Positions 34,600-49,309 of a stretch of DNA of 64,000 nucleotides are shown in pieces (positions within the stretch are counted from its first letter, which is position 1; every line of letters begins with the position of its first letter). The notes beneath the pieces are model-generated. The model did no database searches. It was not told the DNA's origin and saw nothing but the letters and a program-made list of their open reading frames with translations. The stretch is from Eledone cirrhosa (Eukaryota), in the NCBI GenBank assembly GCA_964016885.1, contig OZ024741.1, positions 320,540,001 through 320,604,000 on the forward strand, in the 5' to 3' direction. The position numbers were made by a program, and so were the translations under genes.

Positions 34600-37437
34600 T
34601 TTCTTTATTAGCCACAGGGGCACAAAAGAAGGGGACAAATACAAAGGGGGAAGTTTACATACAATAAAAACGTGTAAAATGTTATCACAGATGAAATTTA
34701 AAAGTTAGTCGATTTTCCCCAATAGAGGGAGACAGTTTATATGGGTAACACATACCCCCGAAAAAAAATGTGCAACCCTCATCTCCAGGAGTACGAAGAG
34801 CTTGTACTCCTTTCCTCTCCTCCTCCTTTTCCTCAACCTACAGGCTGAAATAGAGAGAAGGCCCATTCACTCGGGCCATTCTCGCCACTTTCACCCACCT
34901 TTCATAAAACTTGCTGGGGTACAGCACCTCTCTCTCCATCCTGATTCTTCTTCCAAAGTGGTATTTGAAAAAAAGAATCAGTTGTTGGCCGGAGAGAAAG
35001 GTGTCTGACCTCAGCCCTTTCAACCTTGTCCACCATACAACCTCTTTCGCCATAGCTATCACACAAAGGAAAACCGCCTCTCCTTCGTTTTTGAAGGAGG
35101 GTGGCGGTTTGATCATGACAATGGACTCGGTGGTCAACTGGATTGGTCCCACCCGCGACAATAGTCGTTCTACATAGCCCCACAGGTCAGTGACGCCCGG
35201 GCAGTGTATGAATGCGTGCGCGACGGTTTCTTCGTCTCGCACGCACCTCTGACAGATCTTTTTTGCAGGGTCCCTGTCCGGGCGCCCATGTCTTTAGAGC
35301 TTGTCTCGAACTGGTAGAGCTCCTCGGTAGCACTGCCAGGCCAGGGACTTTTGGAAGTTGTCCATCGGTCCCGGGCGGAAGGTCCTACCGAACAGACTGG
35401 CCAGTTCATCTTCCTCTACGCCTAGAGTTTCACCGAGCGCGTCGTCGCACTTGCTGCGGACCAACCCTCTATAGAATGACGAAGTGGAGTCTCCACTGAT
35501 CGCCGGGTCCGCCTGCCAGAGGGCTGTGAGCGCCTGAGCACATTCGATGTGCCAGTCGCCCATTTTCCTCGGTCTCTGCTTGACCCAGGACTGCAGCTCG
35601 GTCAGCGATACGAGTCGTGGGAAGGCTCGCCTCACGAACGGGGCCCACACCGGTTGTCCGGTGAGGAATACGTAGAGATGCCGCAGCCTGAGCGCGTGTT
35701 TGCGCATCGTCAACCACGGCATCCCCAGCCCTCCGTTAGAAGGGTGTTGGCAGTAGATGGATCTTCTCACCAAAGGAGCCCGCCTCTTCCAAAGGAATCG
35801 GAAGAGCGCGCGCTCCATTTTGGCGAGCGTTTTGGCTGGACAAGGCACGACGGTCAAGCGGTAGTAGATGGCAGACGCTATAAAAGTGTTCGCCACCTCC
35901 GCTCGACCTTTCAAGGATAGTTTGCACTCGGCCCACTTCTGGGTGAGCGCAAACACCTTGGCCGTCACCTCGTTCCGGTTCTTCTCCACCTGGAGGTCAG
36001 GACCAAACCAGACCCGAGCAGCTTTACCGGTCCTTCCATCCAACGTCCGACGACGTCATCGGAAGGCATCGGTTTGCATCTCCACGTTCCGATTTCAAAC
36101 CGACGGATTTGTCCCGGTTCAGCTTCGCTCCTGTGAATCTTTCGTATTCCTCCAGTAAGGTGCCGATCTGCCTGATTTGCGAGGTACTCGACACCATTAC
36201 TGTCACGTCGTCGGCGTAGGCCGAAGCCGCTTTTGCAGTTCCAGTTCCAAAGGGATGCCCTGCAATAGCTCCAATTTCCGCTGTAGTGGCTCGGGAGTCA
36301 GTACGTACACAAGGGAGGAGAGAGGGCATCCCTGTCGAATGGATCGCGTGATATGGAACGGCTCTGAGAGGTAGCCGTTTACCTTGACCCTTGAGCAGAT
36401 GTTGCTGTTGTGCATTGCAGCAATCCAGCCCAGTGGAGGTTGTCGTGTATGGACCTGGTCGGGATTGCGCATGTCTGCGCTTCTCCCACCAGGTTTTCGA
36501 CGACAAGCGCCAGCCTCTTTGCCAACATCTGTAACTCTGTGTTGAGCAGAGTTATGGGCCGGAAGTTGCCTATATCATCCCCTTGTTCTCGTCCTTCCTG
36601 ACTAACGTGATTATGCCCTTGGTCACAGAACTGGGAATTCTCCCGTTCTGCTGCCAGTTGCAGTAGACCGCTTCCAGGAGACCGGAGAATAAGTTCGGCA
36701 TTGCTACGTAAAATTCGTAGGGTAGACCGTCGAGACCTGGAGATTTGCGTTTGCCGCATTGGCTCAGCGCGTCCCCTATCTGAGCGGCCGAAATCGGGCT
36801 TTCGCAGAACTCCGCCTCGCTGTCCGAGAGTCGCGGTAGGCCGTCGAGGTATGAACCGAAATCCATAGCCCCTCCCGGCGTGCCGCCCTTCTCGAACAGT
36901 TGAGCAAAGTGCTGCTGAAAGGCCGCGCATATTTGCTTCGGCTCACGTATCACGCGTCCGTCTTGGTCCTTTAAAGACCGAATCGTGGACTTGTTGCCAC
37001 TTTTCGCCTCCGTCACTCGGGCCCAGCTAACAGCTTTGGCTCCCTGAGCACGTATTTTGCTTCTGATAACGCAGCCTTCAAGCTTTGCGTCGAAGAACTG
37101 GTCCAAGGCCGTTCTCGTCGCTAGCACGCTGGCTACGTTGTCACTCCTAAGTGCCTCTTCTACTTTATCTACCAGTTCCTTTTCGGTATTATTTCTATCT
37201 AACACTAATTCTTTACTAAAACTTATCGAGTCTAATTTAACTGCCCTCTTGAGAGAGTACCACCATCTGTTGTTGACAATGGCCCCCGTCAAGTGCTGCT
37301 TAACTAAAGTGCTAATCCGTCTACTGTAGGCTTTGCATGTCGGTAACGACAAGTTCAGCTTCCAGTAACCAGGTCCCTGTCTATGGGTTTTGCCAAGGTT
37401 GACTAAGCGGATAACTAATTTGTGATCTGAATAGGCA

Positions 37438-37440
<3 letters not shown>
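34600..37440 (-). mobile_element. 5'-truncated, frameshifted Tx1/L1-type LINE ORF2 in (GATA)n
   Basis: SDHKLV...GPGYWKLN (APE C-terminus), KSPGLDGLPYEFY, NFRPITLLN, IRQGCPLS, AYADDV, GGLGMP, C-terminal Cys/His (ETVAHAFIHC); AATAAA 3' end abutting (TATC)n. Confidence 0.9.
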
Positions 37441-37486
<46 letters not shown>

Positions 37487-37487
<1 letters not shown>

Positions 37488-37544
37488 TTCTTTATTTACC
37501 ATAAAGGCATAAAAAGAAGGGACAAATACAAAGGGGGAGTTTAC
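37487..37544 (-). mobile_element. Short 3'-end fragment of the same Tx1-type family
   Basis: Similar to 34600-34658; (GATA)n on both sides. Confidence 0.75.
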
Positions 37545-37609
<65 letters not shown>

Positions 37610-38044
37610 TACAATGGTGGCCATAACTGGACTCCAAAGCCTACAATCGCATTTACATATTAAGTGTATGAAATATACTAAATATACTAAATAAGATCGC
37701 TTGCAATAGATTGATCATTGTTTACATTGGGCTTCTACCTACGGATATCCTGCACACACACACACGCACGCACACACAGGCACTCAGACCCAGACACACA
37801 CACACATACATACACACATACGCACAAACACATCTATCTATCTCTCTCTATATATATATGTGTGTGTGTATGTGAGTGTATCTATCTCTCTCTATATATA
37901 TATGTGTGTGTAGGAGAAGGAGGTCCTATCCGTATGTGTGTGAGTATTTATGTCTGTATGAATTGTTACGTATATCTAAATATACATACATACCCCGCTC
38001 TTTCATGTTCCTTAGCATGATATCACTCTAACACTTTTTTTTTG

Positions 38045-38212
38045 TGGACAGTATCGGTAGAGGGTCAGACACCATGCTCTGCAGCAAAGAGTTACGGCCC
38101 TTTATGGTCTGAGTTCAAATCCCACCGAGGTCAACTTTGTCTTTCATCCTTACGGGGTCGATAATGTACTGGTATAATTGCTGGCATTGTGCCAAAACTA
38201 GAAACAATTATA
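38045..38212 (+). mobile_element. tRNA-derived SINE (855 family)
   Basis: GAGTTCAAATCC B-box; CTTTCATCCTTACGGGGTCGATAA. Confidence 0.8.
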
Positions 38213-38444
38213 ATTCCTTAGTTCTTTTACTCTGTTTCTATACAAGGATTAACGCGCAGCATCTGATCCTTTTTCTGATTATTCGGCGTTAATAGTTTCA
38301 TTGTTTTATATTTTCATACATATATTTCGTCCACTACTTTTCTTCTTATTTTTACATTTCCTTTAACTTTCTTTTAAACACCCACTTCGTTCAAGTGCCC
38401 GTCCCTTCTTCAAACGTAAATTCCCCTCCACTTGTGTATCTCTT

Positions 38445-38516
<72 letters not shown>

Positions 38517-38532
38517 GTATTAAATTAATAAT

Positions 38533-38720
38533 TGTTTCTACTTTTGGCACAAGGCCAGCAATTATCCCAGTGCATTACTGGCACTTTATTTTATCGACCC
38601 CGTAAGGATGAAAGGCAAAGTTAACCTCGGCGGGATTTGAACTCAGATCGTAAAGGCCCGTAACTCCATGCTGCAAAGCATGACGTCCAACCCTCTACCG
38701 ATAATGCCAATCACCGCCCT
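38533..38720 (-). mobile_element. tRNA-derived SINE with 17 bp TSD
   Basis: TSD TGTATTAAATTAATAAT at 38516-38532 and 38721-38737. Confidence 0.88.
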
Positions 38721-39295
38721 TGTATTAAATTAATAATGAAATTAATAATGAAAATAAAAACAACTAAGTCCATTAGATAAAATATGTACAGTATTTACTC
38801 TCCTAATCAGTATAAATCAACCACATAAAAATCATTTAAACGAGGCTATAAGTTTAAAATGTACTTATGAAGAAATAAGCATTTTTCCTTCGAGCTTCTA
38901 TTTTGTACCTAATTCCGTGTAGTTAACTATTTGATTAGTCAATTTTTACAGGCTAAAATAAATAATGTGTGTGTCTATAAGCCTGTTGATGCGCTCTCCT
39001 AAAAATAATTGTGTCACCATTATCATGTGAGAACCGACGAATCTAATCAAGCGACCAGAGGAAGTGTAAAACATAACATACACAAATATACATGCACCTG
39101 TAAATACGGAGGTCCAACCATCCATACATGAAGGCGTACATGCATATGTTTATATTCAAATATATGCTCACTCAGAGCATACAGCTCCATGTTTGCAAAG
39201 ACATACATATATACAAACATACATACATACATACATACATACATACATACATACATACATACATACATACATACATACATACATACATACATACA

Positions 39296-40205
39296 TGCTG
39301 CCCACTTGATGTAAACTTTGTCAGAAAAATACAGAAGGAGGACATCTACGGACCATTGATGAGGAGTTTACAAATCCAGTATCCAAGATACACCTTTAGC
39401 TTCATACCCATCATTATTGGAGCTACGGGTTATATACCAACCTGCTTGGACCAAAGTATGACTGAACTTGGATTTGCGAACAAAGAGCGCAGCTCTCTAA
39501 TTCATAGTCTACAAATGGCTGCGATAGCTGGCACCTTCAAAATTTGCAAAACATTCTTGCGATTCAAGGGTTGACAATTTCTTTTCTTTTACAACCTTGC
39601 CACCAGGAAGGTGGCCGGTAAAAAAAATATACTCGAAATTAAGAGAAAGAGATAACATACATAATGGAAATTAGCTGCCCAGCAGATGCCAATATAATAT
39701 CAAAGATTAGCGAAAAGGAGAATATTTCTGATGAGAAATCTGCAGATACTCCACCCTGATTACACCTTCAGATTGTTGCCTGTGATTATTGGGGCACTGG
39801 GGTATGTTAGTAACTGCCTTAATACAAATCTTGAGAAGCTAGGCTTCACATGAACAGAAAGAACACAACTAATTAGGAAATTACAAGTACAATCCAGTAA
39901 AAATATGTAAAAATATGTAAAAATATGTAAAAATATGTAAAAATATGTAAAACATTCCAAAAATGTTGCATCTAATAACTGCATATACACATGTACAGAT
40001 ACAAAGCATATACACATGCACATATACAACTCAAAACATCCACATCCACACATACAATAACATCCATATCTATACATGCATGCATACATACATAATCTAC
40101 CTAGTTGATGTTGTGTAAATTCCAATGAGAGTCTTGTGTCTATGTTAGAAACCGACTCTCTCTCTATTGGGAAAAAAATTGTGAAATTATAAAACCAGAA
40201 GAACA
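39296..40205 (+). mobile_element. RLE-LINE 3' fragments, family B (39296-39656) then family A (39664-40205), in (CATA)n
   Basis: CCPLDVN...KEDIYGPLMRSLQ...IPIIIGATG...ICKTFL; family A part is the reverse complement of 28600-29110; both end in ACATACAT. Confidence 0.78.
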
Positions 40206-41697
40206 TACATAAATACACCACTATCTAATGTCGTCTAAATTCAAATGCGCGATATTTGTTTCAGCGTTTGAAAGCCTCTGTTACTGAGAAATTATTCAAA
40301 TAAAACCAAAAGAACATAAATATTTCTATAGAAACAGAACTGTAAACTTAATTCTAAAGACTCTTGTATGCTGAGGATAGGATCAGAACAATATTTAGAG
40401 CTATGACTTCAACAATAAAAGCAACGAAGAAATTATGTCAGGCTATTTGATTCCTTATGTAATGTCCTGTCTATTATTTCTACAACTTCTTGTTTTGGTT
40501 GAGCTGCCATATCAAAGAGATTCTATTCAGATACATAATTTTATTTATTCTCATTTAATCTTTGCCTTTGATTATTGAAATTGCACTGTTGTAAGCATTC
40601 ATGTATATTTCTGATATTATACGCACATATAGACTTTTTCAGACACGCTGTTTCATCCACATACTTACACACAGATACAAATGCGGATGCACACTTACAG
40701 ACATAAATATATAGAAATAGGTGCACACACACAAGCATGTATATATGTTTATATGATGGCAGCTGATTCGTGTTCGGGAAAGACCAGCAGTGACTAATTT
40801 TATATGTATTGTGCTTTCGACAGGAGTTCTTTAAACACGTTTGGTTACAACATCTTTTAACCATACTTTTGCTCACGTTGCTCTTTAGCCCTAGGTCATC
40901 CTTGACTGAGCCGATAGATTGTCAAATGGCTATCAGTCATGATGTACTGTTAATGGCACACAAAACTATTTTATCTAACGCGTTCTTTCTATTTTTAAGA
41001 TAGCAAGGTCTAGGATAAGGCGACGTTATCGTGAGTGTTTCAAGTAGGACGACCGATTACGTAGAAGTTATTTAACCTGTTGACTGCCGTGTATATTTAA
41101 CACTACTACAATTACTGGGCCGCGTTTTTTGTTTTGTTTTTTACTCAGTAAAATGACTATTTTTTTAAACAAACATTTATTAACAAGACATATCTGAATG
41201 ATTAACGAACATCACATCAATAAACTAGTAACCCAATCTAGCTTTGATGTTTTGAAGAGTTGGAAACGAGTTCATAACTTTGAAGTTATGACTGTTGGTA
41301 AAGAGTTCAAACATGTTGGGACGAGTTATCACGTCTGTGACACTGGAATGCATACATGTTAGGACGAGTTATATCGTCTACGGCATTGAATTTTATAGTG
41401 CAGCGGTTTTTTGAATGCATGTGGCAGCGAAACGATATTTATCTAAAAAGCGAAATGCTGTTTGAAAGAGGAGCTATGGTTACTAGGAAAATTCCACATA
41501 CATTAGAAATGAAATTTTGATAGCAGGTGGTGTGGCAAAGAATGCTTGTGAAATAAAGATATTTATTTGGTGCAATCGCAATTGAAATAACACATTGTCA
41601 GCAATTTGATAACCAAATTTAATAACACAATTTTTTCAGCGTTGCAAATAGAATTTATTTGTATGTATGTATTTATGTATGTATGTTTGTGTGTATG

Positions 41698-41731
<34 letters not shown>

Positions 41732-43299
41732 TGTATGTATGTATGTATGTATGTATGTTTGTATGTATGCATGTATGTGTGTATGCATGTATATATGCAT
41801 GTATGCATGCATGTATGTATATATGTATGTATGTATGCATGTATGTATGTATGCATGTATGTATTATGCATGTAAGTATGTATATGCATATATATATTTA
41901 TCTTTCTTTTTCACACACATATGCCTATATATTTATCATCTCTTAACCTATCTATCACCCTATCTATTTAAATTTCAGCTTATCTCTCCATTTCCACCTT
42001 TACCTTAAATGAAAACCAATATGGGAATATAATAGCTCCAAAAAGGAATGAATCATTAATTTCCCCTTGCATACTTACTTGATTATCTGCTGGCTAAAAT
42101 TTATCTTTGATGTTTTCAAGTGAAAAAAGAAGTGGAACAACTTCTACTGTAAGATGAACATCATCTTCCGTCACCACGACCACCACTATCCTAAAATCAA
42201 CAACAAACACAACTACAGCAACATCAACAATGCAAAAATCAACAACAAAATCCGAAGCATTATCAGCAACAATTTTTGCGAAATAAATAACAATAGCAGG
42301 AAGATCAGCAACAGCAAACATTCATCGATTTCATTGTTTGCACTTGATGAAATTTTCATTTAATCCTAGTCGATCGTCTTTTAATATTTTCTTACAATGA
42401 TTGGGTATTGTTATCAGGATGATGGTGGTTATACTAATAGTGACGACAACGATGACAACGACGTCGGTGACGACGAAAAACAGAAGTGCGGTGAGGATAA
42501 TGGGGAGAGGTGGGTTGAAGTAAAGGATAATAACAACAAAAAGGATTTTATTATCATTATTATTCGTAGAATAATGGGAAGAACTCATGGCAAGGAAGCT
42601 GTTCAAACAGTAAAATAACGTCAATGACAGCGTCGGGTAACATTTACCACAAACGAAAGAAATCAGCGGCTAGAAATATATTGGCCCACCGAAGTGATAG
42701 AAAGAAAGGAGAAAAGGAATAAAATGTAGTCATCAGCTTTTAGACCGTCTGTGATTTCGCTGACTTAACTAAAATGGACGGTGCGTGCAACAGAGAAATA
42801 GATATTTCTGTTGGTATGATGTTTATGCGAGGAATGAACAGATCAGAAAGAGAGACAGACAGGTCAGAGAGAGAGAAAATTAAAATACGTTCACTCGGCA
42901 TCAGGTCACTGTTAGAAAATGCAACAAAAACACTCTGACTGCAGAGGTGGTAGCAAGCGGAGGTGACGAACAAGTGGGGCGTGTAGAGAAGGGAGAAGGA
43001 AAAAAAGAAGCAGCAAGAGGAAGGGAAAAATTTAGGGGAGACAGACAGTGAAAGAAAAGAGTAAAAAGAAGAAGGAAATAAATAGATAACAAACATCAGG
43101 CATGGTATCTGTCCGAAATAGAACGCTACAATGTTATCTCGAATATCTAGTTTGAAGCGCGAGTGTATTAGAATTCGTAGAAAATGGGATGGACTCAACG
43201 CGTGGGAGCTGTTAGAACAGCAAAATGCTGTCAATGATACTCCAAATGATAGAAATCAGCGACTATTTTTCGATGAAATAAGGCGTGCGGGTTGATTCT

Positions 43300-44150
43300 T
43301 ACAATAGACTCATATGATGTATTGATCCTTCCCGCGCTCCATGGCATAACTCAACATACTAGCAAAACATGAACACTGAATGAGTACATACAGGATTTTT
43401 TCCTCGTCTTACACATTTCTTGAATACACTTGGTTGTGGATGGCTCCAACATGGTCATATCGTCATGAACGTAGAGTTTATCTTGAACAGCTAATGCGCC
43501 TCTATATTACTGTCTGACTAAAACTTTTTGGAAATCCTGCATAATACCCGACCTAAAATTCCCGCAGAAGAGAAAATTCTGTCTTCATCAGCGTACCGAA
43601 TTGCACCCAAGAAATCATCGCCTATGTCTTCCATTAGTTTTCTATAGAAAGTAAGAGTTAATATTCAGCCAACTGCATAGCACATTTAGAAGAATTTGAC
43701 AAAATTCCTGATTCAAAAGGCAAGTTTGTCAGCATAAGCGCATGCCTGGGGATAACCAGCGATAGTAATTTGTAATCCCTTTCTAGCTGGAGCTGGAAGT
43801 ATTTAGGTTTTCTGATGCGCATGATCTGTTCCTTCCACAAAAAGTGAGTAAATATATGCTTCAATCTGGCCAGGTTTGCCATGGATCAAATCAATATATT
43901 TGTGGATCGAAGCAATATATTCGTTAGCTACTTCCACACTACCATTCAGAGTCAGCTTCATCTCAGCACAAGTTTTGTGAGACTGGCCAGCCTGTTCGTT
44001 AGCTTACCACTTTAACCAAACTCTCTAAAACCTTAGGAACAGTGGAAAGCTTCCTTCAACTCTCCTCTTCTCTACTGTAAAGCAGAACACCCTGAGGTGC
44101 CTTATTCTTACGCAGATGTTGCACTTGCCCTCCTATCATTCACTCGCATT
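43300..44150 (-). pseudogene. Old Tx1/L1-type ORF2 remnant
   Basis: LARLKHIFTHFLWK...RHALMLTNL and KLTLNGSVEVANEYI align by eye with LAKMERALFRFLWK...KHALRLRHL and KLSLKGRAEVANTFI of the 35294 ORF; boundaries approximate. Confidence 0.55.
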
Positions 44151-46094
44151 TTTTCACATTCTGTAAAGTAGGAGATACCAAGGTTTTCCCGAGCAATGAG
44201 TTCTTGGAACCCCCAGGATATTCCTGTCCGATTGTTATGCAGAATTGATTTCCATTCGATCAGTTTATTATACTCTTTGATAATTGTCATAACGCTGGTG
44301 TGGTACATTATTTAGGGTCAAATTCGCTGTTGGTTTTCCGGGATAGACACAAACCATAACATATTCCTGTGAAATGCAGGTTGAGGTGGTGACTCTGGTG
44401 ACTCTGCTAGCTTCCTTTTCTAAGTTGACTGAACTGAAATTACATCTATTAGTCGACACATTTTAACGTTTTCCGGGATGTCCATGATACTGTTAATACT
44501 GATTTTTCCAATACTCTCTACCTAATACAAGAGATTTCATGGCACATATAATTACTTGTAAGTTATTCACTGCGATGGATTGATATTCTTTAGCAATGTT
44601 TGATGGGTTCTAGAAGTCATCTACGTATTAAAAATGATAGTCAAGATTTTATAGCATATTAGAATTTAGCTTAACGAGAAAATTATGGGTCTGTTTCTGA
44701 ATTCTAGATTCGAGATTAAATTAAAGAGATAATTTTCAAAGGTATCTATTACTTTTGTGGTAGACATATTTCAATCTAAGTCATGTTTCTCACTCTCATT
44801 TATCGCTTAAGCTTTATAACAGTTTCTACTCTCTGCTTCTGTGTTTTAAGTAAAATTTCCTTGTTAGAATTACAATAGATTTTACTGAATTATTCCGTTC
44901 TCTGGTTTCACTGTAATAGCTGTTTGTACATTAACATGTCTTCACATGACTGGATCGATAATATACTGTGTGTTTATTTACAACGCTTTGTCATTTAGCC
45001 CCTATTCATCTTTGATTCAATCTATCAATAATCAGCAGTGTACCAGCCGCTGATAATCACATATTATTTTTTTTATGTAGCACAATAGTGATTTGAGAGA
45101 TATTCTGCTGTTATTTACAGCAGGATGAGTGAGTGCATAGATACTCCTTTGTGAGATGGTCATATGTGCTTACTGATTAAGTGGGTAAATTCTAATGTAT
45201 GTGTGTGTTTTCAGACTTTCTGCCTTCCCCTAACAAATGTTGATGGATATAAAACATTAGGATATACTATAGCTAATGGACTATACTATTTAACATGTTA
45301 CAGTTCTGTCTACTATATGTATGTATTGAGTAATTGGATTTTGTTCGCCGCGTCAACATACATACATACATACATATATATACATGTGTGTGTGTATATA
45401 TATATATATGCATGCATATATATATATATATATATATATGAATACGTTCAAGCTATCAGATGATTAGATATATACCTATATATACCTATGGGACTGAAAT
45501 ATACAACGATAATTTCAAATGTTCATATATTGTATTATTATATAGAAACTCTAATACACTCAAAATTTGAACATCTTTATTTTTAAGTATATTCATATGA
45601 TTTTTATAAATATTTATTTACGTTCAGGTTACTAGAGATACACCTATGAGACTTCATACTGTAACGGCTTTATTTCCAACAGCTCATATAACATATTTTG
45701 AATCTGACACACTCTTATCACATACAACTTATCACGTCTTTATTTTTAAATATAGTTAAATTTGGGGCTTATTAAGTCGTATCATTTTAAACATATTGGC
45801 ATGCTTTTAGATTATTAGTTACATACACATATAACATATTTTCAATCTTTGCCACTATCCACTCTAATATGATGTTAACATAAGAATTAGATTGGTTTAA
45901 GCTAAATGGATATAATAAAAGGCGCCACCCACGGGAACTGGCCATAACATAACTCCTTTCCAGTCAGAAAGTAATAATATAGTAAATTTGAAAAAAAAAG
46001 ATGATAATCTAAAGCTTAAAAGCCTTGAATTGCTGCTTCACATGCAACTCATATTGCGAAACATGAAATAGCCATCTAATTGCCGTCTAATGCA

Positions 46095-46134
<40 letters not shown>

Positions 46135-46137
46135 GTA

Positions 46138-46256
<119 letters not shown>

Positions 46257-46502
46257 CGTAAGATATTTTAGTAAGTAAGTCAATTTTATAATCTTTTTAT
46301 AATTTTCTTATCTTACGTCTATCATATTATTGTTCTGCAACCCCATGCATTGAACCACAACGTTACTAAGTCAAAACCTATATATTTGCTAGCATTGATA
46401 TGCATCTGTATGTATATAAATGTTACTAGATATAAATTCTTTATATATATATATATGGAGAAGAAGTTTACGAAATGAAAATGCGGGTATATAGAATTTA
46501 TT

Positions 46503-46619
46503 AGGTAACAATTGTTTCTATAGTGTATGGGTTACCTATACCTCGCTATTTGAATAATATACAAATATTATCATAAACCGAAGGTACACTGTAAGCAAAC
46601 ACACCATGTCTTCAGACCT
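46503..46619 (-). ncRNA. Hammerhead ribozyme with long stem II
   Basis: AGGT-CTGAAGA-CATGGTGTGT...ATACACTATA-GAAA-CAATT-GTT^-ACCT. Confidence 0.78.
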
Positions 46620-47029
46620 TTGTATTAGAATGATATGAAAATATTTTATACACTAGATAAAAGATAAAGAAGGAGGTAGGAAGAGAAGGGGAAGAGGGAA
46701 GTGAGTAAGGTGGAGGGAGTCTTAGGATTTAAGACTGTCAGACTAGTAGAGATTGTGAGGAGAAAATGTTTTGGCAGCAGTTAGCTTAATGAGGCGTGCT
46801 AAGGTTGGCGGAGAAGTAGATTCTTCTAGTGGTGTTGTTCGGACAAAATTTAGTTAAAGGGGTCAAAGTGGTACAGTGTCACAGACAAGTTATTAGGGCT
46901 ATTATAGTAGCAGGTTATTTCTAAAGGGGTCCAGAAAAACAGTGTTTAGTACTATTATTATAGAAAGCCATATCCTGTGTATAAACATATAAGACAGAAA
47001 TTTGCAAACGGTGGTGTAAAAAGGTAACA

Positions 47030-49309
47030 TTATATGCATTTAAAAAAAGAAAAGGTCGTTTTCAAACGATGGTTACAGTATAGAGAACGTTCAATTTTGC
47101 TGTTCAAAAGTTTGTTTACCGACGTTAAAATGCAGTATATCTCTAAATTGTATAACTTGCAGAATCGATGATTTTGCTGATATGCAGGCGCAGCTGCAAT
47201 AATTTGCCAATCAAGGGAGAACGCTTGATTGTTCCTCCGAAGCTGACAGGCTTTATCGGCGAGGGTTGTTACGGAGCGCATTTTCTCGTGCCTGATCGAA
47301 GATCGATGTTGGTATAGGCGAGCCTTGAAAGAAGTTGCGGTACATCCGACGTAATACCATTTGTTGGTTCCGGAATTTATTGTACATCGGTAGACAATAT
47401 TGCGTGCTAGGCACTGGTTATTCAGTGGGCACGTACCTGGTTTGGTGCAGTTACAATTATTTTTATGTTTTGCAGTAGAATCCTGGATAGTTTGGTGGGG
47501 TTGTGGATGCGTGTTAGTGCGTTGTATGTTGCTATGCTGGCGCGCTGAGTCATTAGGGATGTACTTATTCAGTATTGCTGAGTTGAGTTTTCTAATTAGT
47601 TGTTCTATGTTAGGTGCAGTGGAGTATGAGAGTCTAATGGTGCGCGAGTTAAAGATTTTATAGTATTTATGTGAAGTTGTAAAGTGTTTATTGATTAGTG
47701 TATAGAATTGTGAGATAATCTTAGTGCTAATAGAAGAATTGTACACGGGGTTATACCATATGTACTCTCTACGTCTGACTCTATTTGCTGGTTTGCACCT
47801 ATTAGTATGCCTATTGATGTGTGTGTGTGGTGCAATACTAGTTCGACTTAGATGTGTTTTATTCATAGTACTTATGTGGTTATCGTCTAGATATTCAATT
47901 TTCTCGCAGTAACCAGCTTTTCTAAGTGCGTCATTATAATATTCAGCATGCTCGTTGAAGGTCTGCAAATTAGACGACAGTCGGGAGATCCTTATGGATA
48001 TATTTTTAGGGATAGATTTAATAATGGAATGAGGATGGTTCGATTTTACATTAACGTACTTAAGATTTTCATTAAGTTTGTGAAATGGCTCTATATTACC
48101 GTTATTAAGGTTGAAGGTGACATCCAAGAAATTGACCACCTTAAGATTGTGTTCGAAGGTAATATTAAGCCCTAGTTCTAAGAAAAGTTTCCTAATGTTT
48201 TTACGTCGCCTTTCTAGGTTTTGTTTGTTCATATTCTTGACTAATAGAAGTGTATCGTCGCGGTATATTCCGCCGTGGAGGTCCGTAAATTCGCTCTGGA
48301 GTCTATGGGCTATAAGATCCCAACCAAATCCGTGACCTCCGCCGAATCATTAGAACCCATCGTAATGTCGAATTCCGAGGGTCTATCCCTGTGGACCCAA
48401 TAACTATTTTCAAAGTGCACTACTGTGCGTCTAGCTTCAAGTATAATATTAATTTCCTCGTTTGTGAGGTCCGAGTTAGTCTTAGCGAAAGAGAGGGCCT
48501 TATGCAGGGTTTCGGGTGAAATAGAGGAATAGTATTCATCTATATCGAATTGAATAAAAGAAGATTTGTTTTTGTCCCTAATGCTATTGAACCATCTTAT
48601 TGCCTGATGAGTATTACCCCATAATTTAATATCTACCTTAGCCTTAACTTGGGGGATAATACGATCTAATATGTACTTACTAATTCGACCTATATCAGAC
48701 TTAGAAGGACATTAATCTAATTTTAGGGTTAGTATCAAAGTTATCCTAATGGTCCTTCAGATTAAAAGTCGGTGTAGCTGGAGATAGGGGTACCGTTCTG
48801 TCGTCAATTTTCAGTTTCCTAACAATATCAAATGCTGCGTTATTAATGTTGGTTAGTGTAGTTGCGTTTGTTTTTTTGTACTTCCTATGTAATTCCTTAC
48901 GTATAAAATTGTTATATGTTTCTACATCCAGGGTGTATAGATTCGATGTTCTGTCTGCCTTTATGATAATTCCTTTGGTATTCCTTAGGTTGTCGAGTAG
49001 AGTTTTAATATCTCGTTGTAGTTCGTTTTTCCTTCCGTTTGTAAATTTGATTCCGGTTATCATTTTCATTAAGTCCTGTTCGAAAGAATCCAAAAGAGGG
49101 TTAGAGGGTGGGTTTTTGTGGGATTTGAAACCAAACTTATCGTTGTTGGTGTCCGAAGTTTGTGTAATCCTTTTCCTATCGAAGTGGAAGGCCTTCCATC
49201 TAATCCGCCGAATAAATTCGTTGGTCCTTTGTATCATACCAAGAATGTAATCCTTTTTACCCTGAATGGGTATGTTTTTTAAGGACATACCACAATGATG
49301 TTTTTCCAT
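47030..49309 (-). pseudogene. PLE RT + GIY-YIG ORF, frameshifted
   Basis: SLKNIP, FDIDEYYSSI, TMGSNDSAEVTD, IYRDDTL, NFLDVTFNL, WYNP, CNCTKPGTCPLNNQC, IVYRC...YYVG; frameshifts near 48330 and 48715. Confidence 0.9.
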
